Of a stretch of 64,000 bases of DNA, positions 41,780-53,265 are shown piece by piece. The position numbers and the translations under genes are program-made. The number at the start of each line of letters is the position of its first letter. Positions within the stretch are counted from its first letter, which is position 1. The DNA comes from an uncultured Gemmatimonadales bacterium. GTDB lineage: Bacteria; Gemmatimonadota; Gemmatimonadetes; Longimicrobiales; RSA9. Below the pieces are notes generated by a model. That model saw nothing but the letters and a program-made list of their open reading frames with translations, was not told where the DNA came from and ran no database searches. Where the stretch lies: contig CAWCRS010000008.1 of NCBI GenBank assembly GCA_963798085.1, positions 64,001 through 128,000 on the forward strand, written 5' to 3'.

Positions 41780-44193
41780 ATGTCGAGGCTCATCCAGGAT
41801 GCCAGGTACGGGTTCCGCATGCTGATCCGGACGCCTGTGGTCTCCGGGGTCGCCGTGGTATCCCTGGCTCTGGGCATTGCCGCCGCCACGGCCATGTTCT
41901 CCCTGGCCAGCGCCTTCTTCCTCGAGCCCCTGCCTTTCGGCGATCAGAACGGGATGGTCCTCATCCGCCAGGCGCACCCGGGCGACGGTCAGGACCAAGC
42001 CACCGGCCTGTCCATGCCCAACATGCGGGATCTGGAACAGGCATCGTCGGCATTCACCGGGCTCACCACCTTCACCACTGATAACACCAATGTTACCGGG
42101 CTGGATCAGCCCGAGCAGATCCAGGTGATGAGCGCCACGCCCAACTTCTACGATGTGCTGCACATCCAGCCGTGGATCGGCCGCGGCTTCCGGAAGGACG
42201 AAGGCGTCGAAGGTAGCGGGCGCGTACTGGTTCTCTGCACGCCTGGTGGAAGCGCCGTTTCCTTTCCGACCCGGGTGCAGTGGGCCGCACGCTCAATCTG
42301 GACGGGCAGCCCTACACGATCATCGGCGTCATGCCCGAGACCTTCGAGATGGTGCCGGCCGACGTGCAGGCGTTCCGGCCCACCAATTTCGCGGCCGACC
42401 AGGACCGCGCCACGCACAATTACATGGTGCTCGGGCGCCTTCGTCCGGGCGCCACACTCACGCAGGCGAATGCAGAGGTGAGCAGCGCCTTCCGCCGGCT
42501 GGCAGCGGAGTTCCCCGATGCGAACAGCAACTGGACCGTGCTGGTGCAGCCGGCCCGTTCCTTCTTCCCCGGCCCGACGGACACCAGGCTCGTCCTGCTG
42601 CTGCTGGTAGTGGCGCTCTTCGGCGTCGCCATTGCCTGCGCCAATGTCGCTAACCTGATGTTGGCGCGCGCCGAGCTGCGCCTGAAGGAAATGGCCGTGC
42701 GCACGGCGCTGGGCGCGCGCCGCGGGCGCCTGCTCGCACAGCTGCTGACCGAGAGCGTGCTGCTGTCACTCATGGCCGGCGCGCTGGGTACCGTCTTCGC
42801 CACCTATGCGATCCGCGGCCTGCGCGCGTCCATGCCACCCGTGCTGCCACACTCGTTCTGGCCCAGGCTCGACATACCGACAATGCTGGCGACGACGCTC
42901 GTCGCCATGCTCACCGGAATCCTGTTCGGACTGGCGCCCGCACTGCACGCCACCAGGAGCGGATTGCGCGAAGCCATGGGCGACAACAGTCGGGGCGGCA
43001 CCGCGAGCCGCAACCGGAAGCGCATCCGCAATGCCTTCGTCATCGGCGAGATCGCCATTGCGCTCGGACTGCTCACGGGCGCGGGATTCCTCATGAAGGC
43101 CATGGACACGGTCATCAACGCGGATCCGGGCTTCAATCCGCACGGGCTGCTGACATTGCAGATGACGTTGCCCGAGTACCGCTACCGCAACGATTCGGAA
43201 CTGGGCCGCTTCCAGGACGAGGCCGTCCGCCGGCTGACCGGGATTCCGGGCGTGAGCGGCGTCGCCCTGATGAGTATGCTGCCGCGCAGCATGTCGAACT
43301 CGAGGACGACGTTCCACATAGCGGGCACACCCGTTGTCGAGGCCAACAAGCTGCCCGGCTCCTACTGGGAAACGGTCAACCCGGACTTCTTCCCCACACT
43401 CGGCATCCCCTTGGAGGCCGGGCGCCTCTTCAACGCATCGGACCGCGCGGACTCGAGGCCCGTGATCGTCGTGAGCCGGGGATTCGCCAACCGCTGGCTC
43501 ACGGGCGGTCCGGCGCTCGGGCAGCGCATCGAGGTCTTCGGCGTGGAGCGGGAAGTGGTGGGCATCGTCGGCGACATCATGCAGACGCGCGTTCCGCTGG
43601 GGCCGGAAGACAAGACGGCGATCTACATCGCGGCTGCGCAGCGGCCACCGCGTAATCCCGCGTTTGCCCTGCGCGTGAGCGGCGATCCAGCGACGCTCGC
43701 GGCCCAGGTGCGAAGCGCCATCGCGCAGATCGATCCGGACGAGCCGGTCGCCGATATCCGTACGCTGGACGACCACATCAGCGAAGCGCTGGGCGGGCCA
43801 CGCGCCATCGGCGTCTTCGTCCTCGCGCTCGGCACCCTTGCCATGGTGCTCGCCGCCATCGGCATTTACGGCGTCATGGCGCACAGTGTGGTGCAGGCGA
43901 AGCGTGAGATCGGCATTCGCGTGGCTCTGGGCGCCAGACAGGGTCAGGTCGTGGGCATGGTTGCGCGGCGGGGCATGGTGCTGGCTGGCGTGGGCCTGCT
44001 GCTGGGACTGCCCATCGCGATTCTCGTACATCGCGCCGTGGTCAGCTCACTGAACATCTTCGCCATCAATCTGTCGCCCGCCTATGCGCTGATCATGGCC
44101 GGAATGCTCGTGACAGTTGCGGTTTTCGCGAGCTGGCTGCCGGCGCGCCGCGCCGCACGCATCCAGCCTGTGCAGGCACTGCAGGCCGAATAG
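41780..44193 (+). CDS. ADOP/MacB-like duplicated ABC permease; frameshift near 42236
   Basis: RBS GGAGG; IQDARYGFRMLIRTP; IACANVANLML; REIGIRVALGA; PARRAARIQP. Confidence 0.92.
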
Positions 44194-44295
44194 CCACGCA
44201 TTGCGGTCACATTGCAGCGCCGCCGCGCGTTGCCAGAGGGCGTACCGGAGATGCCGGCGCGCCCTCCTCCTTCTACAGTCAAGGAGCGCGGCCTC

Positions 44296-44802
44296 ATGCG
44301 CATCCACCGATTCGCGACACTGCTGCTGCTGGGATGCGCTCTTGCCTGTTCGCAGGATGCGACTGCGCCGGATCCAGCGAAGCTCACCTACGATCCGTCG
44401 CTGGGCATCGATATCACGCAGATGACGCACACGGCCAGCGGCCTGTACTACCAGGACGTGACCGTGGGCAGCGGCACCGCAGCCAGTGCGGGCAGCACCG
44501 TGCACGCGCTGTACAGCGGCTGGCTGCATGACGGCACGCTGTTCGGCGCCGCCGAGGATCCCAACGACCCGCTCATCTTCCGGCTGGGTGTGGGCGAGGT
44601 GATCAAGGGCTGGGATGAAGGTGTGGCAGGCATGCGCGAAGGTGGTGAGCGCAAACTCGTGATTCCGCCTGCACTCGGTTACGGCAACCGCGCCAACGGA
44701 CCGATTCCGGCAAATTCCACACTGGTGTTCCGCATCCAGATCATCAGCGTGCAGCTACCGATGCGCGCCCCCAATGTCGGGATACATTGTGGCGGCGGGT
44801 AA
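44296..44802 (+). CDS. FKBP-type peptidyl-prolyl isomerase (lipoprotein)
   Basis: ALAC lipobox; TASGLYYQD, VIKGWDEGVAGM, RKLVIPPALGYG, IPANSTLVF. Confidence 0.93.
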   Translation: MRIHRFATLLLLGCALACSQDATAPDPAKLTYDPSLGIDITQMTHTASGLYYQDVTVGSGTAASAGSTVHALYSGWLHDGTLFGAAEDPNDPLIFRLGVGEVIKGWDEGVAGMREGGERKLVIPPALGYGNRANGPIPANSTLVFRIQIISVQLPMRAPNVGIHCGGG

Positions 44803-45874
44803 GTCACTGCCCTCGAGTTCACGCGCGCACCACGCGAGAATGCGACCGCGCAGGTCGGCGGGCACGTCCTTGTGTCGATCGGCGGTGCCGCGCACGAACA
44901 GCTCGGCATTGGTCTGCAGCAGGTGCGGCGGGTTCATCTCGAAGGCGTCCTTGTGCCGCTGCATGTAATCGAAGCCGGTCTTCTCGACGATGCTCGCGAC
45001 CTCCGCATCCGTGAGCGGCTGCATGCCCAGGAAATCAGCGACCCGGCGCACGGTGCCGGGCAGGTCACGCTTCATTTCCTCGAAGTACACAAACAGAACG
45101 TTAGTGCCGGACGTGGACCGCTGCCACCAGCCCCTGACATGGTCCGGCCAGGTGCCCCACCACATCAGCTCGGGTGAACAGAACCACGCCTCGACCTCGG
45201 ACAGCGGCGGCGCCGCCGCGCCAATGTTGGTGGCCACGAAATCGACGCAGCTGGCGAAGCACGATACCGGATGGCGTGCCACATACACGTACTTCGACTC
45301 CGGGCTGAACGGGCACAGCTGCGCGGGCAGATGCGTCTTGATGATGCGAGAAGGGCGTTCGCTGCCGATGAGTGGCGCCTGCTCGATGGGTACGCTCTTC
45401 AACGCCTCGATCCACGGCGAAATCGCGTACATCGTCCTGCCCGTGTCCACAATGTCGCCGTGACCGCGCTGCAGAACCTCGTACACGACGTGCTGCATCC
45501 AGGTCGTGCCGCACTTCATTCTGCGTGGCCACAAAGATGTCTTCCGGGCGCGCGTGGTACTCGTCCGCGCGGGCGAAACTCGCCGCACTGCAGGTGCCGC
45601 GCGGGCCCGCGATTCCCTTGTGGTGAAAACTCCCCTTGGCAAACGTGAAGGACGAGAAGCGCCCGATCAGCCGCAGGATCGGAAAGAGGATGCGAGCCTG
45701 ACGACGAAGGGTCGCCTTGAACTGCTCCCGTTCCGCCGGCGAGAGACCGTAATAGCCCAGTCCGTTCGTCTTCTGGTCACCCCACGTCAGCACCACCGAC
45801 AGATAGATCAGCTGGCCGAACAGGAACACCACCACGGCCGCAGCCGCGATCAGAATCCATTTCACGACACCCAT
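44755..45874 (-). CDS. Sulfotransferase with N-terminal membrane anchor; frameshift near 45520
   Basis: EDIFVATQ/MKCGTTW (5'-PSB), IIKTHLP, YVARHP, WPDHVRGWW, FEEMKRD. Confidence 0.88.
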
Positions 45875-46098
45875 GCGCTCGCCCCTCGACAGTCGCTGCG
45901 ATGGCGCAAGCATAGACGTCCCGCACCGCGCCCGGCAAGCACCACGCAGTGGCCGCACACACCCGCGACACGGCGCGGCCCCGCCTGCCCGCCGCAGATG
46001 CGCCTTGCCGTACTACTGTCGATATGATACTATCATGTTGACAGTGCCGGGCCGCCCACCAGCGCAACGCTGCCACCATGCAGCAGGGAGCATGCTCG

Positions 46099-48786
46099 AT
46101 GATGCGGGTCTATCGCTGGCTGCTTCGCCTGTTCCCGCGCGAATTCCGCGACACGTTCGGCGCCGACATGGAAGCGCTGTTGCGCGAGCAGCTGCGTGCG
46201 GCCGGTGTTTCGCGCAGGCGACGGGCGCGGGTCTGGGTGGGCGGCGTGCTGGACGTGGTCACGCAGGGATGGGCGGAGCAGCGGCGACGTCGGGCAGCAG
46301 GCTCACGCCGGGCGGGTGCGCTGATACAGGATGCGCGCCTGGCCGTGCGTTCGCTGCGCCGCACGCCCGGTTTTGCGGCGGTGTCACTGCTGACGTTGAT
46401 GCTGGGCACGGGCGCGACTGCTGCCGTGTTCAGCGTCGTGAATGCGCTGTTGCTGCGGCCGCTTCCGTTCCCGCAGCCCGGGCGGCTGGTGGCGGTGTGG
46501 CCCGAGAAGGGTTTTAACGCGGTACTCGTGCACCGGCTGGCGCAGCGGCTGCCGGCGCTCCAGGCGGTGGCGGGCGTGGGCGGGTACACGCTGACGCTCG
46601 CCGGTGACCGTGGCGTGGAGCCGCGCCAGATCAACGCGCTCCTGGTAACACCGAATTATCTGGACGTGCTGGGTGTGCGACCGGTGCTGGGCCGTGGCTT
46701 CGCGCCGGGGGAGGACGGGATCGGCAGTTCCGGCGTGGTGCTCCTGAGCTACGAGCTGTGGCTCGGGCGGTTCGGCGGGGACCGGGGTGTGCTGGGCCGC
46801 GAGATCGCGCTGGCGGGCGCCGATCACGAGACCCGCGTCGTAATCGGTGTGCTGCCGCCGCTGCCGCGCGCCGTGGGAGGCACGGGCGACGTGTGGGTGC
46901 CGCTGCAACCGCGCGCGTCGCTGACGGTGGCGGACGGGTCGCAGAGCTGGGTTCCGCTCGATCCCGGGACGGCGGCGTACGCGGCGGACGGGTCGTACTG
47001 GGTCAATCTCTGCATCGGCCGTCTGGCGCCCGGAGCGACGCGCGAGCAGGCGACGGCGCAGCTGCGCGCCGCGGCGGCGGCACTGCAGCGGGAGTCGCCG
47101 ACGCTGGTGCGCGATGAGGAAGTACGCACGGCGAGTGTGCGGGACCTGCGCTCGGCGCTGACTGCCGACACGCGACCGGCGCTCTGGGTGCTTTTCGGCG
47201 CTGTGGGTCTGGTACTGCTGATCGGCTGCGCCAACCTCGCGAATCTCATGCTGGCGCGGGGTGAGGCTCGTCAGCGCGAGCTGTCGTTGCGGGGCGCGCT
47301 GGGCGCCGGCCGTGGTCGCATCATCGGCATGCTGCTGACCGAGGCGCTGGTGCTGTCGCTGGCCGGTGGCGCAGCCGGCCTGGTGCTGGCCCGGGTGCTG
47401 CTGCGCGTGATCACGCTGCTGGCGCCACCGCAGCTGGGCACTCTCGACGGCGTGGCGATCAATGGCGGCGTGCTGACATTCGCGTTCGCGGTGTCCGTCG
47501 GCGCCGCGCTCCTCTTCGGTACTGTGCCGGCGGTGCGGGCGGGCCGCTTGCCGGCGGGTGCCACGCTGCGTCAGGGCGGCCGGGGCACACTGGGGATGAG
47601 CCGGAAGGGCGCGGTCAGTCGCACGCTGGTCGCACTCGAGCTTGCGCTCGCCATCGTCGTGGTGGTTGCTTCGCTGCTGATGGTGCGCAGCCTGCGCCAG
47701 CTCTGGGCCGTGGACCCGGGTTTCCGCGCGGATCGTGTGCTGGTGATGCGGCCGAGTCCTGCGGAATCATCGGCGCCCAACGCTGCGGCGTATCTGCGCT
47801 TCTACGACCGCGTGCTGGAGCGTGTGCGCGCACTGCCCGGCGTCGAGACCGCAGCCGCGATTCAGGTGCTGCCCGCGACCGGCTCGGGCTGGCAATTCCC
47901 CACCTTCGTGGAGGGGCAGGAGACACCTGCTGGCACACCGCCGCCCGCTTACAGCTTCCGGGTGATCACGCCTGATTACTTCACTGTCCTGGACATTCCC
48001 CTGCTGGGGGGCCGCACCATTGCGTCGGGTGACCGCGCCGGCACGGACCGGGTCATGGTGGTGAACCACGCGTTAGCGACACTGCTGTGGCCGGGCCAGG
48101 ACGCCATCGGGCGCAGGATCCGCATGTTCGATCGGACCGGTGCGCCCTTCACCGTGGTGGGCGTCGTGGGGGACACGCGGCAGCGACTGAACCGCCCCGC
48201 CGAGCCGGAGCTGTACGTGGCGCTGGCCCAGATCGGCTGGGAAGTGACCATGAACCTTGTGCTGCGCACCCGTCCGGCGGATCCCATGACACTGGCGCCG
48301 GCGGCGCGTGCCACGGTGTGGTCCATCGACCCGCAGGTGCCCATTACTCAGCTGGGAGCACTGCGCGATGTGGTCGGCAGGGGCACGGCGAACACGCGTT
48401 TCCTGACACTGCTGTTAGCGGCGTTCGGCGGACTGGCGCTGCTGCTGGGCGCCATCGGTGTCTATGGCGTGACCGCGTACACCGTGGCCCGGCGCATTCC
48501 CGAGTTCGGCGTGCGCATGGCGCTGGGGGCAGGGCCTGCGGCTGTCATGGGATCGTCGCTGCGGAGCAGCATGCCACCCGTGTTCGCAGGCCTGGCGCTG
48601 GGCCTGATCGGCGGGCTCGTGGGCGGCCGGCTGCTGCGCGACATGCTGTTCGGCGTGGACGCGCACGACCCACTCACGTTCCTGGCTGTGACGCTGGCAC
48701 TGCTGGCTGTGGCGATGCTCGCGATCCTGGTCCCGGCGAGGCGGGCCACACGTGTCGATCCCGCCAGCATCCTGCGGGGCAACTGA
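46099..48786 (+). CDS. ADOP family duplicated ABC permease
   Basis: YRWLLRLFPREFR N-terminal extension; QDARLAVRSLRRTP; LLIGCANLANLML; EFGVRMALGA. Confidence 0.93.
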   Translation: MMRVYRWLLRLFPREFRDTFGADMEALLREQLRAAGVSRRRRARVWVGGVLDVVTQGWAEQRRRRAAGSRRAGALIQDARLAVRSLRRTPGFAAVSLLTLMLGTGATAAVFSVVNALLLRPLPFPQPGRLVAVWPEKGFNAVLVHRLAQRLPALQAVAGVGGYTLTLAGDRGVEPRQINALLVTPNYLDVLGVRPVLGRGFAPGEDGIGSSGVVLLSYELWLGRFGGDRGVLGREIALAGADHETRVVIGVLPPLPRAVGGTGDVWVPLQPRASLTVADGSQSWVPLDPGTAAYAADGSYWVNLCIGRLAPGATREQATAQLRAAAAALQRESPTLVRDEEVRTASVRDLRSALTADTRPALWVLFGAVGLVLLIGCANLANLMLARGEARQRELSLRGALGAGRGRIIGMLLTEALVLSLAGGAAGLVLARVLLRVITLLAPPQLGTLDGVAINGGVLTFAFAVSVGAALLFGTVPAVRAGRLPAGATLRQGGRGTLGMSRKGAVSRTLVALELALAIVVVVASLLMVRSLRQLWAVDPGFRADRVLVMRPSPAESSAPNAAAYLRFYDRVLERVRALPGVETAAAIQVLPATGSGWQFPTFVEGQETPAGTPPPAYSFRVITPDYFTVLDIPLLGGRTIASGDRAGTDRVMVVNHALATLLWPGQDAIGRRIRMFDRTGAPFTVVGVVGDTRQRLNRPAEPELYVALAQIGWEVTMNLVLRTRPADPMTLAPAARATVWSIDPQVPITQLGALRDVVGRGTANTRFLTLLLAAFGGLALLLGAIGVYGVTAYTVARRIPEFGVRMALGAGPAAVMGSSLRSSMPPVFAGLALGLIGGLVGGRLLRDMLFGVDAHDPLTFLAVTLALLAVAMLAILVPARRATRVDPASILRGN

Positions 48787-48798
48787 TCGCTTGCGAAT

Positions 48799-50107
48799 TC
48801 AGCCGATCAGCGTCGCGGGCCGCGTGCGGCCGTGCTGTACCGCGAAACGGATGGCCTCCCAGTCGGCCATGCCGAACCAGAAGATGGTCCAGCGATCATC
48901 CTTCACGGCGCCATCGCAGTTCGCGAAGTAGAATTCGTTGATCGCATTGCCTCTACGGGAACGCCAGAAGAGCTGCGGGTTCTCCGGTCGCATCACCTGC
49001 CAGAATGGCTCGCCCGAGGCCTTCGCCCTGTGCGTCGTCCGCCACGACGAACTTGTCCATCCACGTCAGCTTCCCTTCGCGCGTGAGCACGATCGCGGCG
49101 CGATAATGCTCGCTCAGGTAGACGCGGAACGGCCGTGTCGTTTCGAAGTAATCCTGTGTCAGGGGCCGGCCGAAGCTCGACTGCACGAGCGTACGCAGGC
49201 GCTCCCGGTCAATGCGCTTCCACAATGGGTAGCGACGAATGCGTTCGCCCCGGCGGACCAGTGTGCCCGAGCCGCGGTGCGTGAAGAGCTCCTTCGCCAT
49301 TTCGTCGGGACGGGTGATGGACAGCGAGCTGGAGGGCGGCAGCTGCATCAGCAGGGCATGAATCTGCTCGATCTCCCGGCGCATGCCGGGCTGCAGCCAC
49401 GGCTGGCGGATCAGCTCATCGTACTCGGTACTGAGGTTGATGGAATCGATCACGCGCTCGCGATCATCGAGCAGGCCACCGGTCGGCGTCAGGAAAATGA
49501 TCTTGTAGGGCTGCAGCCGCCTGACCAGCTCGTGCGTCGCGGAGTCGACACTGACATCGAGGATCTGCCCGCCTGCGGTTTCGCCCAGCGAGGCCAGCAC
49601 CGGAATCGAGCCCACCGCGATGGCCGCTTCAATGCCGGACGTGTGCACACGGACGACGCGACCGCACAGGCCGTGGCGACCGCCCGTGAGGAGGTCCGCC
49701 TCGAATACACCGGAGGGAATCGACGTCGCGCGCACGCCCTCGGCCTGCAGTGCCTCGACCAGCCGCAGGTTTTCCAGCTGCAGCACGCGTCGCACCACCG
49801 CGAGCGCGGCGGCACTCGTGTACGGAGTTCCGGCGACGCTGCGCCTCCGGATGCCGGCGGCCGTCAATTCCTCGTCGAGACGCGGCCCCGCGCCATGCAC
49901 GACGATCGGTGTCAGTCCCACCTGCTGCAGGAAGGCGAGCGAAGAGACGAGCGGATCCAGCTCATCGCGCAGGATCGCGCCACCCGCCTTCACCACCGCG
50001 AAGCGCGCGGCGTCGATCTGCGAGAAGCGCTTCAGATAGAGCTGGATCTCGCGCGTGCTGCCCATGTTCGAGAGCAGGCGCACAATGGTGGGACGCATGT
50101 TGGTCAT
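48799..50107 (-). CDS. argB: Bifunctional acetylglutamate kinase/synthase (NAGS/K, Xanthomonas/Maricaulis type); frameshift near 49004
   Basis: [50 protein letters not shown]; after the shift LFWRSR..N..NEFYF..DG..FWFG. Confidence 0.88.
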
Positions 50108-50120
50108 GGCGCGGACACCC

Positions 50121-51183
50121 TCATCGGCAGCGACCCTGCTTCACGCCATGGATCAGCTCATCCTGCGACAGGATCTGTGGGCGCGGCAGCATGAGCGCGG
50201 GGAAATAGTGCCGCGTATAGATACGCACCATCAGACTGTCACGCGTCCGGCCGAACGTCAGCACCTCGATGTGCTCCACGCGATCGGGCAGCATGTTGTC
50301 CAGCCGCTCGTCGCCTGTGAACGGCGGCCCCTCGTCGATGACGAAGCAGCCGACGCGCTTCAGGCGGGTGCCCAGATACTCCTTGAGTACGTCGCGCACC
50401 GTCCGGTTCACGTTGATGAGCAGCTGCTCGCGGGTGATCACGGGTGTTGACGGATCGCTGCGCTGCGCCGAGCGCGCCGTCAGCCTTGCCTTGGCGTCCG
50501 CGATCAGACGGTTGGCAATGGGGTCGAGCTTCGAGCGCGATGCGCAGAATCGTGTCATTCTCGGCCACGACGGCCAGCGACCGGGGCTTGTAGCCGAGAT
50601 CGCTGATCTGCAGCACGAACGGCACATTCGCCGGCACTTCCTTGAAACGGAAACGCCCCGAGACATTGGTACGCTGCGGCTTGCCGGGCGGTTTTGCGAC
50701 CACCACATCGAGCAGCTCGCGGCCCGTCTCCGCGTCGGTGATCACGCCGCTGACCGACACCTTCGCTGCCTGCACGTTCACGGTATCGAGTGCGACGGGC
50801 GCAGGCTCGAGCGCGATGGTCAGCGTGGTGTCACGGTGCACGAGAAAATCGACCTCCTCGTCCTTCCATCCCAGCGCGTGTACGACGATGGTGTAGCGAC
50901 CCGCCGGCACGTCGTCGAACCGGAACTGCCCGTCACTGCCCGTCAGCACCGTCAGCAGGCCGCGCAACTCGACACTTGCGCCGGCAATGCGACCGCCTGT
51001 CCGCTGCTCTGTCACCGTGCCCTGTACCGTGTACTGCTGCGCGGCAGCGCTCGCCGCGGTCACAGCCGTGGTGACGAGGCTCAGCCCGAGCGCCACGCCA
51101 ATACGCGTGAGACTTGTTTCGCGCACCACGGCACGCGACGCGGCGACTCCGCAGGAAGTCCTCCGCGCGGGGGTGCAGGCCAT
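50121..51183 (-). CDS. Secreted protein with two carboxypeptidase-regulatory-like domains; frameshift near 50531
   Basis: VQGTVTE..IAGASV..DGQFRF..GRY..ALGW; second VSGVITD..GRFRF; C-terminus VEHIEVL..RIYT in ORF 50121..50708. Confidence 0.75.
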
Positions 51184-51333
51184 GACTCCACCATCTCTCT
51201 GATTCGAGGCCTCGCGGACAGCGAAAGGTTCGGCAACGGGCGCCTGCTCGCAAGGGCAGCGAAGCGGTGAAGCGCCGCATCGCCGCGATGAACGGATCAA
51301 GCCGGGCGGTGGCGCGCAGTGCGCCGCACGCAT

Positions 51334-52554
51334 TCAGGAGTGCGGCCGCAGCGCGTCCAGTGGCAGGAAGGTGCCGTCATCGACGTGGCCATCCTTCACG
51401 TGGTACACGGTGATGCCGGAGCGGAGCCCCATCGGTCCTCCGCTCGTGGGAGGATCCGTCACCGCCGCAGTCTGGTAGAAGCGGCGCGTGCCGACGGCCG
51501 TCTCGTAACGGAGCATCTCGCGACAATGCATGTGGCCGCCCAGCGCGATTTCGAGATGGCCGCCCACCACCGCCAGCACATCCTGCACATTGCTCACAGT
51601 GTGGCGGAAGTAGGTGTGGCCATTGACGCGGATGGTCGTCGGCGCCGGACCATCCTCATTGAAGCCGTTGAGCTGGTCGTTCGCGCTGAGCAGGGGGATG
51701 TGGTTGAAGGTGACGACGGGCCGGTCGGGCGGCAGCCGCGCCAGATCACGCTCGAGCCACGCCAGCTGCACACTGTCGACATGGCCGTGATACCAGAGAT
51801 CCTCGTAGTCCTGCGTGTCCAGCCCGACGAAGTGCACGCCGCCAAAGTCGAACGCGTAGTAGTCCGGCCCGAAACGGGACCGGTACATGCGCTTGCCATA
51901 CAGCGGATGGGACGCGCTGACCAGAGAGCGCTGCCGTTCAATGCCGAAGATGTCGTGATTGCCGGGCACGGTGTGCACGGGCATGCGGAAGCCGGCCAGC
52001 TCGTGCGCCACCATGTCGAAATAGCCGGTCGCCTGGGCCTCACCCACACGCAGCGCGTCGCGCACCAGGTCACCCGTGATGAGCACGAACGCAGGCGAGA
52101 TCGAGTCCACCATGTGCTCCATGCGCCGCATGCGGGGAAGGTCGGCCGAGTCGAGGTGCGTGTCCGAAGCGTGCACGAAGGTGAACTCGCGCGGTGCGGG
52201 TGCCCGGGTCACTGCAAACGACATGTTAGAGCCAGGCTCGGCGCGCCGCCAGAAAGAGCCGCGCAGAGCGTAGCCATCGGGCTGCTCGATGAAGACGACG
52301 CCGTACCCCTGCGCGTCCATGGCGAACCGGCCGGCGGCATCCGTGCTCACGACCGAGACCTGATCCGACACGGCGACGCCCGCCAGACCTGCCTCGCCGG
52401 GATCACGCACACCATTGCCATTGCCGTCCACAAAGACCTCGCCGGTCACATGAGCCGGCTGGCGCACACGCTCCGCAAGCTGCGCACGGAGCGGCGCTGC
52501 AAGGCAAACGAGCCCGATGAGGAGAGGTCCCGGAGTCATTGTCTTCATGGTCAT
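51334..52554 (-). CDS. Calcineurin-like metallophosphoesterase with N-terminal beta domain
   Basis: VFVDGNGNG..GVAVSD; SDTH, TGDL, PGNHD, FNHIP, GGHMH. Confidence 0.92.
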   Translation of the reverse strand: MTMKTMTPGPLLIGLVCLAAPLRAQLAERVRQPAHVTGEVFVDGNGNGVRDPGEAGLAGVAVSDQVSVVSTDAAGRFAMDAQGYGVVFIEQPDGYALRGSFWRRAEPGSNMSFAVTRAPAPREFTFVHASDTHLDSADLPRMRRMEHMVDSISPAFVLITGDLVRDALRVGEAQATGYFDMVAHELAGFRMPVHTVPGNHDIFGIERQRSLVSASHPLYGKRMYRSRFGPDYYAFDFGGVHFVGLDTQDYEDLWYHGHVDSVQLAWLERDLARLPPDRPVVTFNHIPLLSANDQLNGFNEDGPAPTTIRVNGHTYFRHTVSNVQDVLAVVGGHLEIALGGHMHCREMLRYETAVGTRRFYQTAAVTDPPTSGGPMGLRSGITVYHVKDGHVDDGTFLPLDALRPHS

Positions 52555-52742
52555 CCCGCTGTCAGGTAACAGGACAGTCGAAACCGTCCGCCCGCTCATT
52601 CCCGATCGTAATGCGGCCCGGCCCGAAAAGCATGCGTCGCGGGGCGGTCCGTGCGCCATACCCTCCCGGGTTGCCCTCTGCGGGGGTGAGGACTCGTGCG
52701 AACACGCATTCTCTCGCGTCATCGGCGGGCGGGGAGGGGCCG

Positions 52743-53219
52743 GAGGAACGGATAACGGCAACGGACAACGGACAACGGAAATTCTCACACAGTGGCCACG
52801 GAGGGCACTGGGGACGGATCGACGGAAACAGGATCGGCGATCGCGGGGGACACATTTCCTGAGAATGACTGCAACAGGGAGAAGCCTGCGCTGCGGGCAG
52901 AATCATCATGGATGGAAAGGAGTATGTCTGGCATCAGCACTGCCCGCACGGTCGCGTGCGCGGCAGCGCGGGATCGTGGAGCGAATGTCGGTCAGAGTCG
53001 TTGCCCGCAGCAAGGTGTCATATAACTGACAAACCGGGCACCACTGAAACCGATCAACCACAGCTACCGACTCCCCGTCACCACCTCCACTCCAGCTCCT
53101 GCATCGAGACTGTTCAGCCCCAATGCCCCCCCCCGTGTCCGCACCCTGCCGACTCGTGTGTTATCCGTCCTCAGTGCCCCCTGTGGCCTCTGTGTGATAA
53201 AATTCTGTTATCCGTCCTC
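52743..53219. mobile_element. MITE/REPIN-like non-coding element with imperfect terminal inverted repeats (family B, copy 2)
   Basis: ..ATTCTCACACAGTGGCCACGGAGGGCACTGGGGACGGAT (to 52819) vs ATCCGTCCTCAGTGCCCCCTGTGGCCTCTGTGTGATAAAATT.. (53163-53219). Confidence 0.7.
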
Positions 53220-53265
53220 GGCGCCCTCGTTTTCGAGCCTCCGAGCCTCGCTGCACGAGTCGCGA

